DNA of 17,880 bases, taken from assembly GCA_051294375.1 (NCBI GenBank), contig JBJCIZ010000333.1, positions 1 through 17,880 on the forward strand, given 5' to 3'. Every line of letters starts with the position of its first letter. The stretch's first letter is position 1. Below, one piece after another: positions 1 to 9,367 of the stretch. Source of the DNA: Paraspadella gotoi. Taxonomy: Eukaryota; Animalia; Chaetognatha. Below the pieces are notes generated by a model that worked only from the letters and a program-made list of their open reading frames with translations, did no database searches and had not been told where the DNA came from. The position numbers and the translations under genes are program-made.

Positions 1-1355
1 TATTATTAAAAAATTATATTTTTTGGGGAAAAATACAAAAGAATTCAAATAACAGGAAAGATGGATAATCAGATAGTTTTAATCAAATATATATGAAATA
101 AGGAGATATATAACTGTTTTCATTTGTAAAAAGTTATTTTATCTATTAATATATAAAGTTTTTCATTTTTTTGAACCAAAAAAATAAAGCGAAATAATAA
201 ACTAAGGCGATTAGGAAACTAATTAATTTATGGATCTGTGTATTTATTCAAATAGTGTTTAAAACTTTCATAATATAAACAAAAAGAAAAATAAATTATT
301 TAAAAAATCTTCCAAGGCAAGAGAGGTTTTGTTTATGATATAAAAGGCATCAGGCATTTCACCCACGGTGGCTACCTCTCACTATTGTTGCCTTTAAGTC
401 AATTCTGATATTATTTTTTCTTCCATTTTATAGAGTTTGAAATAAGAACAGAGTCAGAGAGGTTTATTTTTAATATTTACTAAATTTATTATTTGTAAAT
501 ATTAAAAACTCTCTCTTATTATTTTGAAAATTTATAAAATGAATAAAAAATAAAATCATGAAACAAAAATTATAAAGCGAGAGTGACAAAAACTAAAACT
601 GATATCAACAATGAAATTAAGTAAATGAAAATGGTTATTCAAGATCAGAGTTGTTTGGGTTCCGCGTACAACGTTGCATTTAGGAAAAAAAAAACGACTC
701 TTTTTCACTATTGTTCAGTTGTTACTTACAATGTTGATTAACTTTGTACCACAACACAAATTAGTACCGAACGAAAGGATTGGCTTAAAAACATCTCCAC
801 AATTTCTAATGATAAATAAGTCCATTTTTGGCAATTTTTAGCCCAAAAAGTATTATGTCCATTTTTGTCCATTTTTACTTACGACTTCCTGATTTGAATG
901 CCAAGGGAAAGTGAGAAAAATTTTTACTTTGGAAATCCGTTCTTTCTTATCTTCTTTACCTCTGTGGTAAATTTATTAGCTTAAATCATTTATAGTTTGC
1001 CTATAAATTAATTTTAAAGTTACAAGTCAAAAAAGTTGGAGTTTCAGTCTTTATCATAATTGTTAAACAAAAATAAATCAAATTGGTTGAAATTAACAGA
1101 AAATGTAGCCTATTGAATAAGCTTTTAACACCTATAAAATTATCAAAAAAACTTTTCTGGTTTAGCCACAGAATAATTTTTAAAGACGTCTTTTCATTTT
1201 GGTGACTTTTTGTGACTTGCATTTATTTTTGATAAAGAGAATATTTCAACTCATTTATTAGTTTTAAAAGATGAGGTACATACTGACCTTGATTAATAAA
1301 AAAAAAACCGCATCCTTTTAATCCACTGGAAAGCATCAGGACTTGTTTTTTCTCA

Positions 1356-1402
1356 AAATCGACAGATTTTGCGGAAAAATTTTCCGCAAAATCTGTCGAT
1401 TT
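1356..1402. repeat. Perfect 47-bp palindrome (23-bp arms, 1-nt spacer)
   Basis: AAATCGACAGATTTTGCGGAAAA-A-TTTTCCGCAAAATCTGTCGATTT read directly; the arms are exact reverse complements. Confidence 0.9.
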
Positions 1403-1514
1403 ACTAAATTTGCTAGGCAACCAAAATTGAAGAAAAATCATGCGCTACCTTCATTTCTTTCTTATATGCTTATTAAAGAATTTCTTTGATTTGGCTCAAT
1501 GTAAATGTAGTGAG

Positions 1515-1845
1515 AGTGAAGATGAAAGGGAAAACTATAAAGAGAAGGGGAGAGAATGAAAGAGAGGGTGAAGGAAAAAAACGAAGGCAAAGGGGAAAAT
1601 ATTGTGAAACAATTTGTAAGGTAAGAAAAGAGGGAAATGGAAAGAAAAGAGGGAAAAAAAGGAAAGAATGAAAATGAGAAAAAAAGGTGAGGAAAGTGCA
1701 TGAATGACCGAAAAAAGGTAGGGCCAAAAAAATGGTAAGTGACAGGCGCGAGAAGTAAGGGAGGAAAGAGGAAGAGGAAATATAAATAAGAGAAGAAAAG
1801 ATGGTGAAGAAAAATTATCAGGAAAAGCGTATGAAAGAAAAAAAA
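1515..1845 (+). repeat. Purine-rich (G/A) low-complexity tract
   Basis: Strong A/G strand bias; it produces the spurious Phe/Ser/Leu-rich minus-strand ORFs at 1462-1900. Confidence 0.7.
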
Positions 1846-2470
1846 TTGTATCAAGATAATGTGGCGTCTTACCTAAATCTTTTGTGTCAGTAAAAGACAT
1901 GAGGATTCTTATAAGGAATTCGATCTTTAAAAATCATCTGTACCATAAAAATTCAAGCATACTTTTTTCTAAAGTTAAGCAGTTAATGAAGATTAGATTG
2001 ACAAGCATTGAAGAAATCATGTCTTACCGTATTTTTAACTCATAGAAATTTACATGGGAAGTATCTAAGTAATAGAAGGAGATGACTTGAAGACTACCGG
2101 TTTTTTTAAATGAAGAAAGCTTCGTACTAACCAATGAGATCAAGAAATATGGTAATTATTGAAGTTCAGATTTCGTTGTCTAAAAAGACACCGATTGTAT
2201 GCGAACACTTTGGCTAAATCTCCACTCTCTATTTTCCATAGCCAGGCCTCTTGGGCGCGCAGGCCTAAGCGCTCGCTTGTCACAGGGATGCTGAACCCAT
2301 TCAAAAGCATGCAAGTTGGGCTATACAAATGTTTTTGGTGGTTATATATCGTCATATATCATATCTTGTATTTATGCTCCGCGCTAATGAACAAATTGAA
2401 CATGCTGTCTCGCTGTCGCCACGAGGTGACACCGCTGCGGGTGTGGCGCCCTGTAAAACCAGCCTCTTCA

Positions 2471-2700
2471 AGTTAACCAAATTATGTCAGTTAAACAAAT
2501 TATTTCAGTTGATCAAATTATGTCAGTTGACCAAATTATGTCAGTTGACCAAATTATGTTAGTTAACCAAATAATGTCAGTTGACCAAATTATGTCAGTT
2601 GACCAAATTATGCCAGCTGACAAAATTATGTCAGTTGACCAAATTATGCCAGTTGACCAAATAATGCAAGTTGATCAAATTATGCAAGTTGACCAAGTTA
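2471..2700 (+). repeat. 18-bp minisatellite, consensus AGTTGACCAAATTATGTC, about 12.8 copies
   Basis: Units counted by eye; explains the (MSVDQI)n and (QLTKLC)n ORFs. The same unit occurs inverted at 9690-9771 and 11545-11608. Confidence 0.95.
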
Positions 2701-3276
2701 GCTTATTACCTCCTAATTATCGTAGGCAGATCCGACATTGTTTGCTCAATCTTGTTTCGTATCAAAGTTTATCATGGATCTAGATTTTTTTATGCCATTG
2801 TGACGATCCTTATTAGACCTTTCCATATATGAAAAGTTTTGAAATAAAAAAAAAACGAGTATTGTGTAAAAGGTGCCCAATTAATGAAATATGGTATTTA
2901 TAATTGTAGAGCCAAAGTCAGAGAATTTTTAAAAATATTTAAATAGCCCATAAAAGCCCGTTAAAATCTTTTAATTGCTATCCATTTTTAAACTTGCTAA
3001 TTGCTTATTTTAACTAAGAATCATTAGTAATAATGTATATTAATAAAATTTGGCCCTCCATAGTACTCATTTCTTGTAAGTTCATTTCTCTTTATGATTT
3101 CCCCCTTTACACCGTTATTATAATAAATACTAGGAAATAGCAAAAAATATGAGTTTCAACAACGATTTATTTTATTTAAAAACGGACACTATAATAAATA
3201 CATAATGAATAATGAACATTCCGAGATTATTTTTGCCCTCATTAGCATTTTTTCATGATCTTTGTTCAATGTTCAG

Positions 3277-4406
3277 GGTTTTTCGTTGCTTCCGACACCC
3301 GACGATTTCGACTCCTTCATATCCGCCATCGACGATTTGGGTTCAAAAGATTTTATCAAAGATTTTCACATGAATGAATTTCTTTTAATTTTCGCACCAG
3401 GAACGGATTTACGTCTAACGTCTTTGTATCGCAGCGGCGGAATAATCTTCCAGGTTTTTTCTTTTTTTTTCTTTTTTATATCTTCCTTCTTTATTCCCAT
3501 TTCCTTTTTGTCGCAGGACAAGGCCTCTTGCCTCCCACCCTTTCTACTTGCGCCTCCCCCTTCGTCTCTCGTGGTGGACGCCTGCGCGGCACCGGGTAAC
3601 AAGGCGACGTTGGCGGCGGCGCTGATGTCCAATCGCGGCCGCGTGGTGGCGTTTGACGTCGACGCCTCAAGATGCGAGACGATGAAGATGATGACGAAGA
3701 AGGCAGGGGCGTTGAAGGAAGGAGGAGGAGGAGGATGCGTCTCTATCAGGAACGAAGACTTCCTCGTCTCTTCGCCCGAAAATGATGCGGAGTTATCCTC
3801 GGCCGAGTTCATTCTCGTCGATCCTTCTTGCAGCGGATCAGGTTCGATTCTTGCCACCACTTGAGATGATTTTCAACTTCATCTGACAGGTTATTATCAT
3901 TGAATCGAGAGTGAAGTCCTTAATTCTCTTGGTCTCTTAATTCCCTTTCAGGCATTCAGTCTCGCCTCGACCATCTGACCAACTTTTCCAACTCGACCCG
4001 ATCCGCCTCTCGTCTCCTTCGCCTTCAAGCCTTCCAGCTCGACGCCCTCCTTCACGCCCTCCTCCGCTTCCCTCGCGCTCGTCGAGTCGTTTATTCCACC
4101 TGCAGCGTCGAAGAGGCGGAGAACGAGGCGGTGGTGGGGCGGGCGTTGGCGGCGGCCAAAGGGCGAGGCTGGCGATTGGCCGAGGCGATGGAAGGGGACT
4201 GGAAGACCAGGGGGAAGACGACGAGTCGGGCAGAGGAGGAAGAAGATTGCTCCTTCCAAAATTGTTTGAGATCTTTGCCCGAAACAGAAAGAACCAACGG
4301 ATTTTTCGTCGCTCTTTTCGTCAGAGATTCAGAGGAGGAAACTGAATCGGCAACCAGAAAAGAGGCGGCTAAAGGACTGCAATCGGGACCGCAATCGGGA
4401 CTGTAA
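3277..4406 (+). CDS. NSUN5: NSUN5/Rcm1-like 28S rRNA cytosine-C5 methyltransferase, 3' coding exons join(3277..3453,3517..3841,3952..4406); 5' exons not found in the window
   Basis: Spliced translation gives LYRSGGIIFQ|DKASCLP, DACAAPGNK (SAM-binding motif I), DPSCSGSG (motif IV Cys), VVYSTCS..EENE-like (motif VI catalytic Cys) and GFFVALF, colinear with NSUN5 as recalled. Introns 3454-3516 (phase 0) and 3842-3951 (phase 1) are GT-AG and frame-consistent; acceptor TTCAG ends at 3276. Confidence 0.92.
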
Positions 4407-4433
4407 TTGGGACCGCAATCGGGACGGCAAACG
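4374..4433 (+). repeat. 12-bp coding tandem repeat (GGACYGCAATCG) x5 spanning the NSUN5 stop codon
   Basis: GGACTGCAATCG / GGACCGCAATCG / GGACTGTAATTG / GGACCGCAATCG / GGACGGCAAACG; unit 3 carries the TAA at 4404-4406. Confidence 0.85.
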
Positions 4434-4637
4434 GGGATGAAAAGGAAGATGAAGAAAAGTTCAAATTCCAATAGACAAACAAAAATAATGAAAAAAATAT
4501 AGTTATTAGTTAATATAGTAGTTAATTAGTTATGTACTAGTATTTGTATTTTAATGTACTCCTATTAGTTTCCAATGGGTTAGCTTTTCTGATTGTTGCC
4601 ACAAATGGCGCAGTACTTAGTCCATTAAGTGCGAATC

Positions 4638-4643
4638 AATAAA
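4638..4643 (+). promoter_or_regulatory. Candidate polyadenylation signal (AATAAA) for NSUN5
   Basis: Canonical hexamer downstream of the NSUN5 stop and upstream of the next ATG; positional inference only. Confidence 0.4.
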
Positions 4644-4717
4644 GAAACAAAACCAAATGATTCGCCTTTCACGAACTCGATTTTAATGCGTCACGCGGAA
4701 AAACCAGAAAAATAGTA

Positions 4718-4746
4718 GTCGTCGTCGTCGTCGTCGTCGTCGTCGT
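4718..4746 (+). repeat. (GTC)n microsatellite, about 9.7 units, in the putative 5' UTR of the microprotein gene
   Basis: Read directly. Confidence 0.9.
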
Positions 4747-4760
4747 GACAAAACCGAAAG

Positions 4761-5016
4761 ATGGAAGACGTCGTCACTATCGTCGTCGTCGTCGTTCCTG
4801 TCATTCTCATCGTTCTGTTCGTCATCGTCGCCTGTTGGTGCCGAATGAAACGCAGGTCGTTCACTTGCTCTCATTTCTGTTTTAATTTCATTCTTTTATT
4901 TAACATAAATTCATTAATAATTTAGATCTCAAGAGAATCAACAATTTCGCTATTACGACGATGACGACGACAACAACGACTCGGGGCGAAATGCGGTCAA
5001 GGCGATGGACGTCTAG
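4761..5016 (+). CDS. Putative 61-aa single-pass transmembrane microprotein, join(4761..4855,4926..5016)
   Basis: ATG in AAAGATGG context with an in-frame upstream stop (TGA 4746-4748). A 70-nt AT-rich GT..TTTAG intron separates two GC-richer exons. Product: MEDVVTIVVVVVPVILIVLFVIVACWCRMKRRSQENQQFRYYDDDDDNNDSGRNAVKAMDV*. Confidence 0.6.
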
Positions 5017-5452
5017 AAAAGAAGGCAATCGTCATTTGCCTTTGATACTCGTCTAATGTACTTAAAAGTATTTAAAATTGTACATTTATTACTGCATAGG
5101 ATAATCTCCGTTTCATATTTTTCTTAATTTAGAAAATGGAAAACCAATCAAAAACTTGTAATTATCTCGTCAGTTTTTATTCATTTTGTTTGCCTACCTT
5201 ATAAATTGATTGGTTTTTGTATTTAATTATAATGTTTTGTACTTAGGAAATTTAATTACATTAAACCAAATTCTTGAGCAAAGGACAGATTTGGCTTTCC
5301 CGTTCTTTATGCCAAAATTTAATGGTCGTTCGTTATTTAATATGACAAGTTTACAGGTGTAGAAAAAAATGAATACGATTATATAAAAACAAAAAGTTAT
5401 TTCGTTAAGCAACTTTCTAATATTTGATGATCTAACCCGGTGGGTCAAGACC

Positions 5453-6051
5453 ATGCCGACGCTGACCCCTCATCACCACCACTACCATCACCACCAGCCT
5501 CCCCACCCCATACCCCCTCTCGCCCTCGACGCGACCGACTCCGACCCCGCCTCCTCCGTTGCTTCACCCTCGGGCGCATCCTCCTGCTCCTACGGATCTT
5601 CGATGCTGCCGCAAAGATTCGAGGACTTTCTTTCTGTTGGGCCCGGGGCCGCGGGTTCGTGGGGGATGTTCATTGTCCATATCTGGTGCCGGTTCGTTCA
5701 TGGAAAAATGTACTTCGAGTCAAAAAGAAAAATGTTTTATTTACAGAAGTCTTTCGTTGATAAACTTGAGGATCTCGTCGACGACACGCAATTGCTGCAT
5801 ATCCTCGACGGGCAACGCCACATGCTTACGAGGTTGACGCGGAATGAAATAAAAGAGAAGAAAAGAGAGAAATTTCGATGATTTTAGCCTCAATTTCCTG
5901 ATTTGAAAATTTTAGATTCGAAAAAAACAAACGAGATGCTCGTCAACTTCAACGCTCTCTCCGCCTCGCGATTCGACAACGCCGCTCTCGATTTCCGGCG
6001 TCATACCAATTTGCTACTAGATATGAAGAAGGAGCTCGACGGTGTCTTTAG
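5453..6051 (+). CDS. KXD1: KxDL motif-containing protein 1 (BORC/BLOC-1-associated), exons 1-3: about 5453..5654, 5747..5832, 5916..6051; two apparent +1 homopolymer frameshifts
   Basis: FVDKLEDLVDDTQLLHILDGQRHMLTR|FEKTNEMLVNFNALSASRFDNAALDFRRHTNLLLDMKKELDGVFR matches the recalled KXD1 core (MLxRFEKTNEMLLNFN..LS..R...F..H...L.EMKxDLD.IF.R). Reading FEKTNEML needs one A removed from the A7 run at 5921-5927. Confidence 0.88.
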
Positions 6052-6126
6052 GTATCGTTTCCGATTTGGATAATTCTCGTAATATCTGACAGCGTCACTC
6101 GTATGTATCTGTAGGGTATGTATCTG

Positions 6127-6293
6127 TAGGGTGTGTCATATCCAAAAGTTGTTTGTATCTTCACATTTAACACAGATGGGGCCTGGTTTAAAAAAATAGG
6201 TTTGTACGAATCGCCATTCAAATTGCCCAACGCCTTTATTAGCAGTACCCCTCTCCGAGGGATTTTTGGCACACCTTTCACATCATCCCTCAC
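6127..6293 (+). repeat. Left terminal inverted repeat of the intronic transposon
   Basis: Aligns by eye to the reverse complement of 15988-16162; shared blocks include TTGTACGA.TCGCCATTCA and GGCACACCTTTCACATCA. Confidence 0.85.
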
Positions 6294-6692
6294 TAGCGCG
6301 GATTATAAATACTTAACTTGAATTAAACCATCTCGAGTCCTCTTAATATTTTGGATTATCATTTTTAATCTATTGAACGGATTTCCGGACAATTTTAATC
6401 ACAAACCGATTCGTTCACGTCAAAATGTAACAAAATCCCCATTGAATTCTCGAGTCCTCCGAGCTCTCTCTCTGTTTGTTGTCTGGCTTAAAATCTTCCA
6501 ACTCAGAGGCGGCGGCCTTCTGGATTGGTCGAATTATGAGAATCCTGGATTTCGATTAGCGGATTTAAGTTTACTCCTCCGACGTGAGGAGCGATACTCT
6601 TAAGCCTCAAATTTTTTTCCAAGGAACATTAAGTAAAAACATTTATTTTTTCATAGTTTGTAGATAATTAGTCGTATTTAAAGTAGTTCATA

Positions 6693-6815
6693 ATGCCGAA
6701 AGTTAAAAAAACTCCAAGATTACATGTTAATCCAGTTATTGGATCGTCAAAACCTTTATCAAGCTCTGATTTACCTTTACTTCGTGACGTGCTTCAGGCG
6801 TGTCTTTTCAAACAG
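6693..6815 (+). pseudogene. Putative first coding exon of the element's transposase; remainder not found
   Basis: ATG-initiated 41 codons MPKVKKTPRLHVNPVIGSSKPLSSSDLPLLRDVLQACLFKQ ending at donor CAG|GTATTA, about 570 bp inside the left end. The P-V-I-G..LP..RDVL pattern resembles, from memory, N-termini of invertebrate hATm-type transposases. Confidence 0.4.
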
Positions 6816-7416
6816 GTATTAATATCATTTTTTAACCAATATGATTATAATTGATTAGTAATTTTATAAAGTTTTTATTAAAATTTAGCTAAATATGATT
6901 TTTGGGGGACGATTTAAATAATATTTTTATTAAAAGTTTTAACAGTTGCGGTTTATTTCTCAAGAGTGATTTTTAAAAGAATGTAACCAGCAGCGTAGTA
7001 CATTACACACAAAGTTTCATTTCCACCCTTTCACATGACAGGATCTTTCATTGCAGACAATCTAATCAAATACTGCTTTTTAGTGAACGTCATTGAGTGA
7101 ACCTCTTCTCCACCTGGCCACATGTGGACGCTTCCAATCATGTGGTTGATTTTCATCGCTTGTCCAGACCCGACCGTAGTTGAACCACCGACCCATTACT
7201 TTCTGAAAAAATCGACTAAAGAGCAAGAAAGCTTGGTGAAAAACTTGAGTAGAGACTTTCACGATTTCACCCTTTCCTTTTTTATTCTTCTTTTTATCGT
7301 CGCAGAGTCGCTTTCGCTTTTGGGCGAAATCGCCATAATCGCGACTTAGCCATGAGCTGTGAAACTACATCTATGCTTTCTTTGTTATGGCCGATTTTCC
7401 GCCTAAACTAACTCAG

Positions 7417-7995
7417 ATTAGGGTAGGGGTCAAGACTGGATTTACAGGGTAGGGTTGAGTGGTTTCTGGTCTAGGGTTAATTGTAGTAGCTAGGGTTAGA
7501 GTGTTTAATGGTTAGGTTGAGTTAACGTTAGTTTATTTGCCTTAATATTAAAATGTCAATTTAGAAGGTCCACCGTAGGTGTCATGATGACCAGGCCCCG
7601 CTTAGGCTGTTAGGCTTAGGGAAGTAATGGCGAGGACATTAGGGATTGGGTCTGAGGCACGGAGATGTACGAGAGGCCTGGGCCCGGTTAGAGGTAGGGT
7701 CTGGGAGAGTAGGCCACGTGGTGTATACTATCGAAAGGCTATTAGGTTAGATTGAGTACGGATAGTGTATGGTGAGGCGGGCCTGGTTAGCGGTTAGGGA
7801 GCATGGAGTTGAACGGGAGGCTCATATGGTTAGGGAGGCGCCTGTTGGTTAAGTCGCATCGTAAGACGGTTAGTGGGCTTCGAGGCAACGGAAGATGTAC
7901 GGAGACTCCGGGCCGGGTGTAGGGTAGAGGAGGCACAAGAGTGAACGGGAGTCTGGTTTTAGGGTTAAGATTGGGAGAGCCTGTAGGTGATGTTA
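7417..7995 (+). repeat. Degenerate G-rich tract with many TTAGG/TTAGGG/GTAGGG motifs and internal degenerate repeats
   Basis: Strong G/T skew. GAGGCA(A)CGGA(A)GATGTACG..GGGCC..GGT recurs near 7655 and 7882; GAGT(T)GAACGGGAG recurs near 7806 and 7939. Confidence 0.6.
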
Positions 7996-9367
7996 CCGTT
8001 AGCTGGCGCTTTTCTTTATATTCGCTACTTTACACTGGCGAGGTCGCGAAGTCGCCAACTCAACTGGAACCACACGTCGACTCGTCGCGTGAATCGCAGG
8101 CGACAGTCGCTATTTGAATGAATCTACAACTTAGGCTTTTATCAATAAAGGGGTAAATTGCAAAGAAAATGAGTTATTTCAAGGCTCCATATTGATACAT
8201 GATATCATGATTTCTTTGTCTTTGGCAATGAAATGTAGCTGAGACATTGTAGTTTCATTAGCTAATCTTTATTTTTATAATTTTAAAGGGCATGTTTGGC
8301 AAATCAGTAGGAAACAAAATGACAACAAATTTTGAGAAAAAAATTTTTTAATTTCTTAATTTCTAATTTCTTACTATGACGTCAATGTGTTTGAAAGTAG
8401 GCTAAACCCAACAGAACGGAATAGTGCGTGACCGCTGTATATATATAATTTATATATACTTATACAGTAAATACCGCAAAATTAAAAAAAAATTAAAAAG
8501 AATTCAGACTAAGCGCCGTGTTTATTTTCAGTATTTTTTAGACTAGACCTTTATGGATTTTTTTTTGTTCCGGCGGCGTTGGATAGCCCAAACACTGCAG
8601 TTTCAGAAATCATCCATGGTTTTGTAATATTTACTGCTCTACTGGTGCAAAAATTTTGCTCGGACCCAAAATTATCTGAAACCGCTTCGTTCTTTCGGAT
8701 TTTTTTTTAAGCTCGGAGCGACATATCTACTTTATCTGATGTCACTCTGATTCAAGTTTCACTTTTTTTTTGTCTAGGAATGCTGACAGTGTTTAGAGAG
8801 GTCGCATTCGATCAAACTGCTCTCTTATGCGGGCTAAAAGTAAAACAAAAGTACCTTCAATAATGTCTCTCTAAAAATTAAACTCGAAAATGAGTTATTT
8901 AACTGTTTTATATATTTTTTTTTCTTTTTCTTTCTGTTTAAAAATTAATTTTCTTTTCTCAAATTTGATTTTTTAGTATCAAAATTTGTTGTCAATCCAG
9001 ATTTTTCTTATTTCTTATTTCAATGATCATTATTGCTTTTAAGATTTTTTTTTTGATAAACACGCAATGAAAAAAATTTACGCTTTCCCAAGTCACGAAT
9101 TTACTTAAACTCTATATTTTGCATATTAATATTAATTAAAGAGCACACTTCCCTTACTTCAATGTGTAAATCCATTCTATCTGTTAAAAATTTGGTCAGG
9201 TTCTTAACATCAAGAAAGATAAACAAATCAAAGCAGTTGTACAATGTCACCTTCTACCGAAAATTGACCAGTTTTTCAGCTTCCAGTTCTGTTCACAACT
9301 TCAGGAGTCAAGTATGTCATCCTTCAGAATCGCCTCCCCCGGGGGCGCTGCTAGGGGCGGGCCGGCC

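Noticed and set aside
1462-1900. Hydrophobic Phe-rich minus-strand ORFs
   Set aside because: By-product of a purine-rich low-complexity tract.
2140-2476. ORFs at 2140-2476 as upstream NSUN5 exons
   Set aside because: No match to the expected N-terminal motifs such as PRYVRVNTLK in the frames examined.
2329-2783. Repeat-protein ORFs (MSVDQI)n and (QLTKLC)n, or a CRISPR-like array
   Set aside because: Head-to-tail 18-bp minisatellite with no unique spacers; the open frames follow from the 3n unit length; the context is eukaryotic.
3366-4471. Minus-strand ORFs 3366-3860, 3948-4259 and 4091-4471
   Set aside because: Antisense shadows of the GC-rich NSUN5 exons with no recognisable motifs.
4683-4874. 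63-aa minus-strand ORF with poly-Asp and poly-Arg
   Set aside because: Antisense reading of the (GTC)n tracts; the + strand spliced model has better start, splice and protein signals.
5916-5935. Programmed +1 ribosomal frameshift at the A7 run in KXD1
   Set aside because: The assembly shows many indel errors and no stimulatory element is evident; a homopolymer error is simpler.
6623-6636. Nearby candidate last exon of KXD1 (CCAAG|G AAC ATT AAG TAA)
   Set aside because: Gives only RNIK*; the exon at 16247 supplies the conserved RIR..K..L...YP.AY segment.
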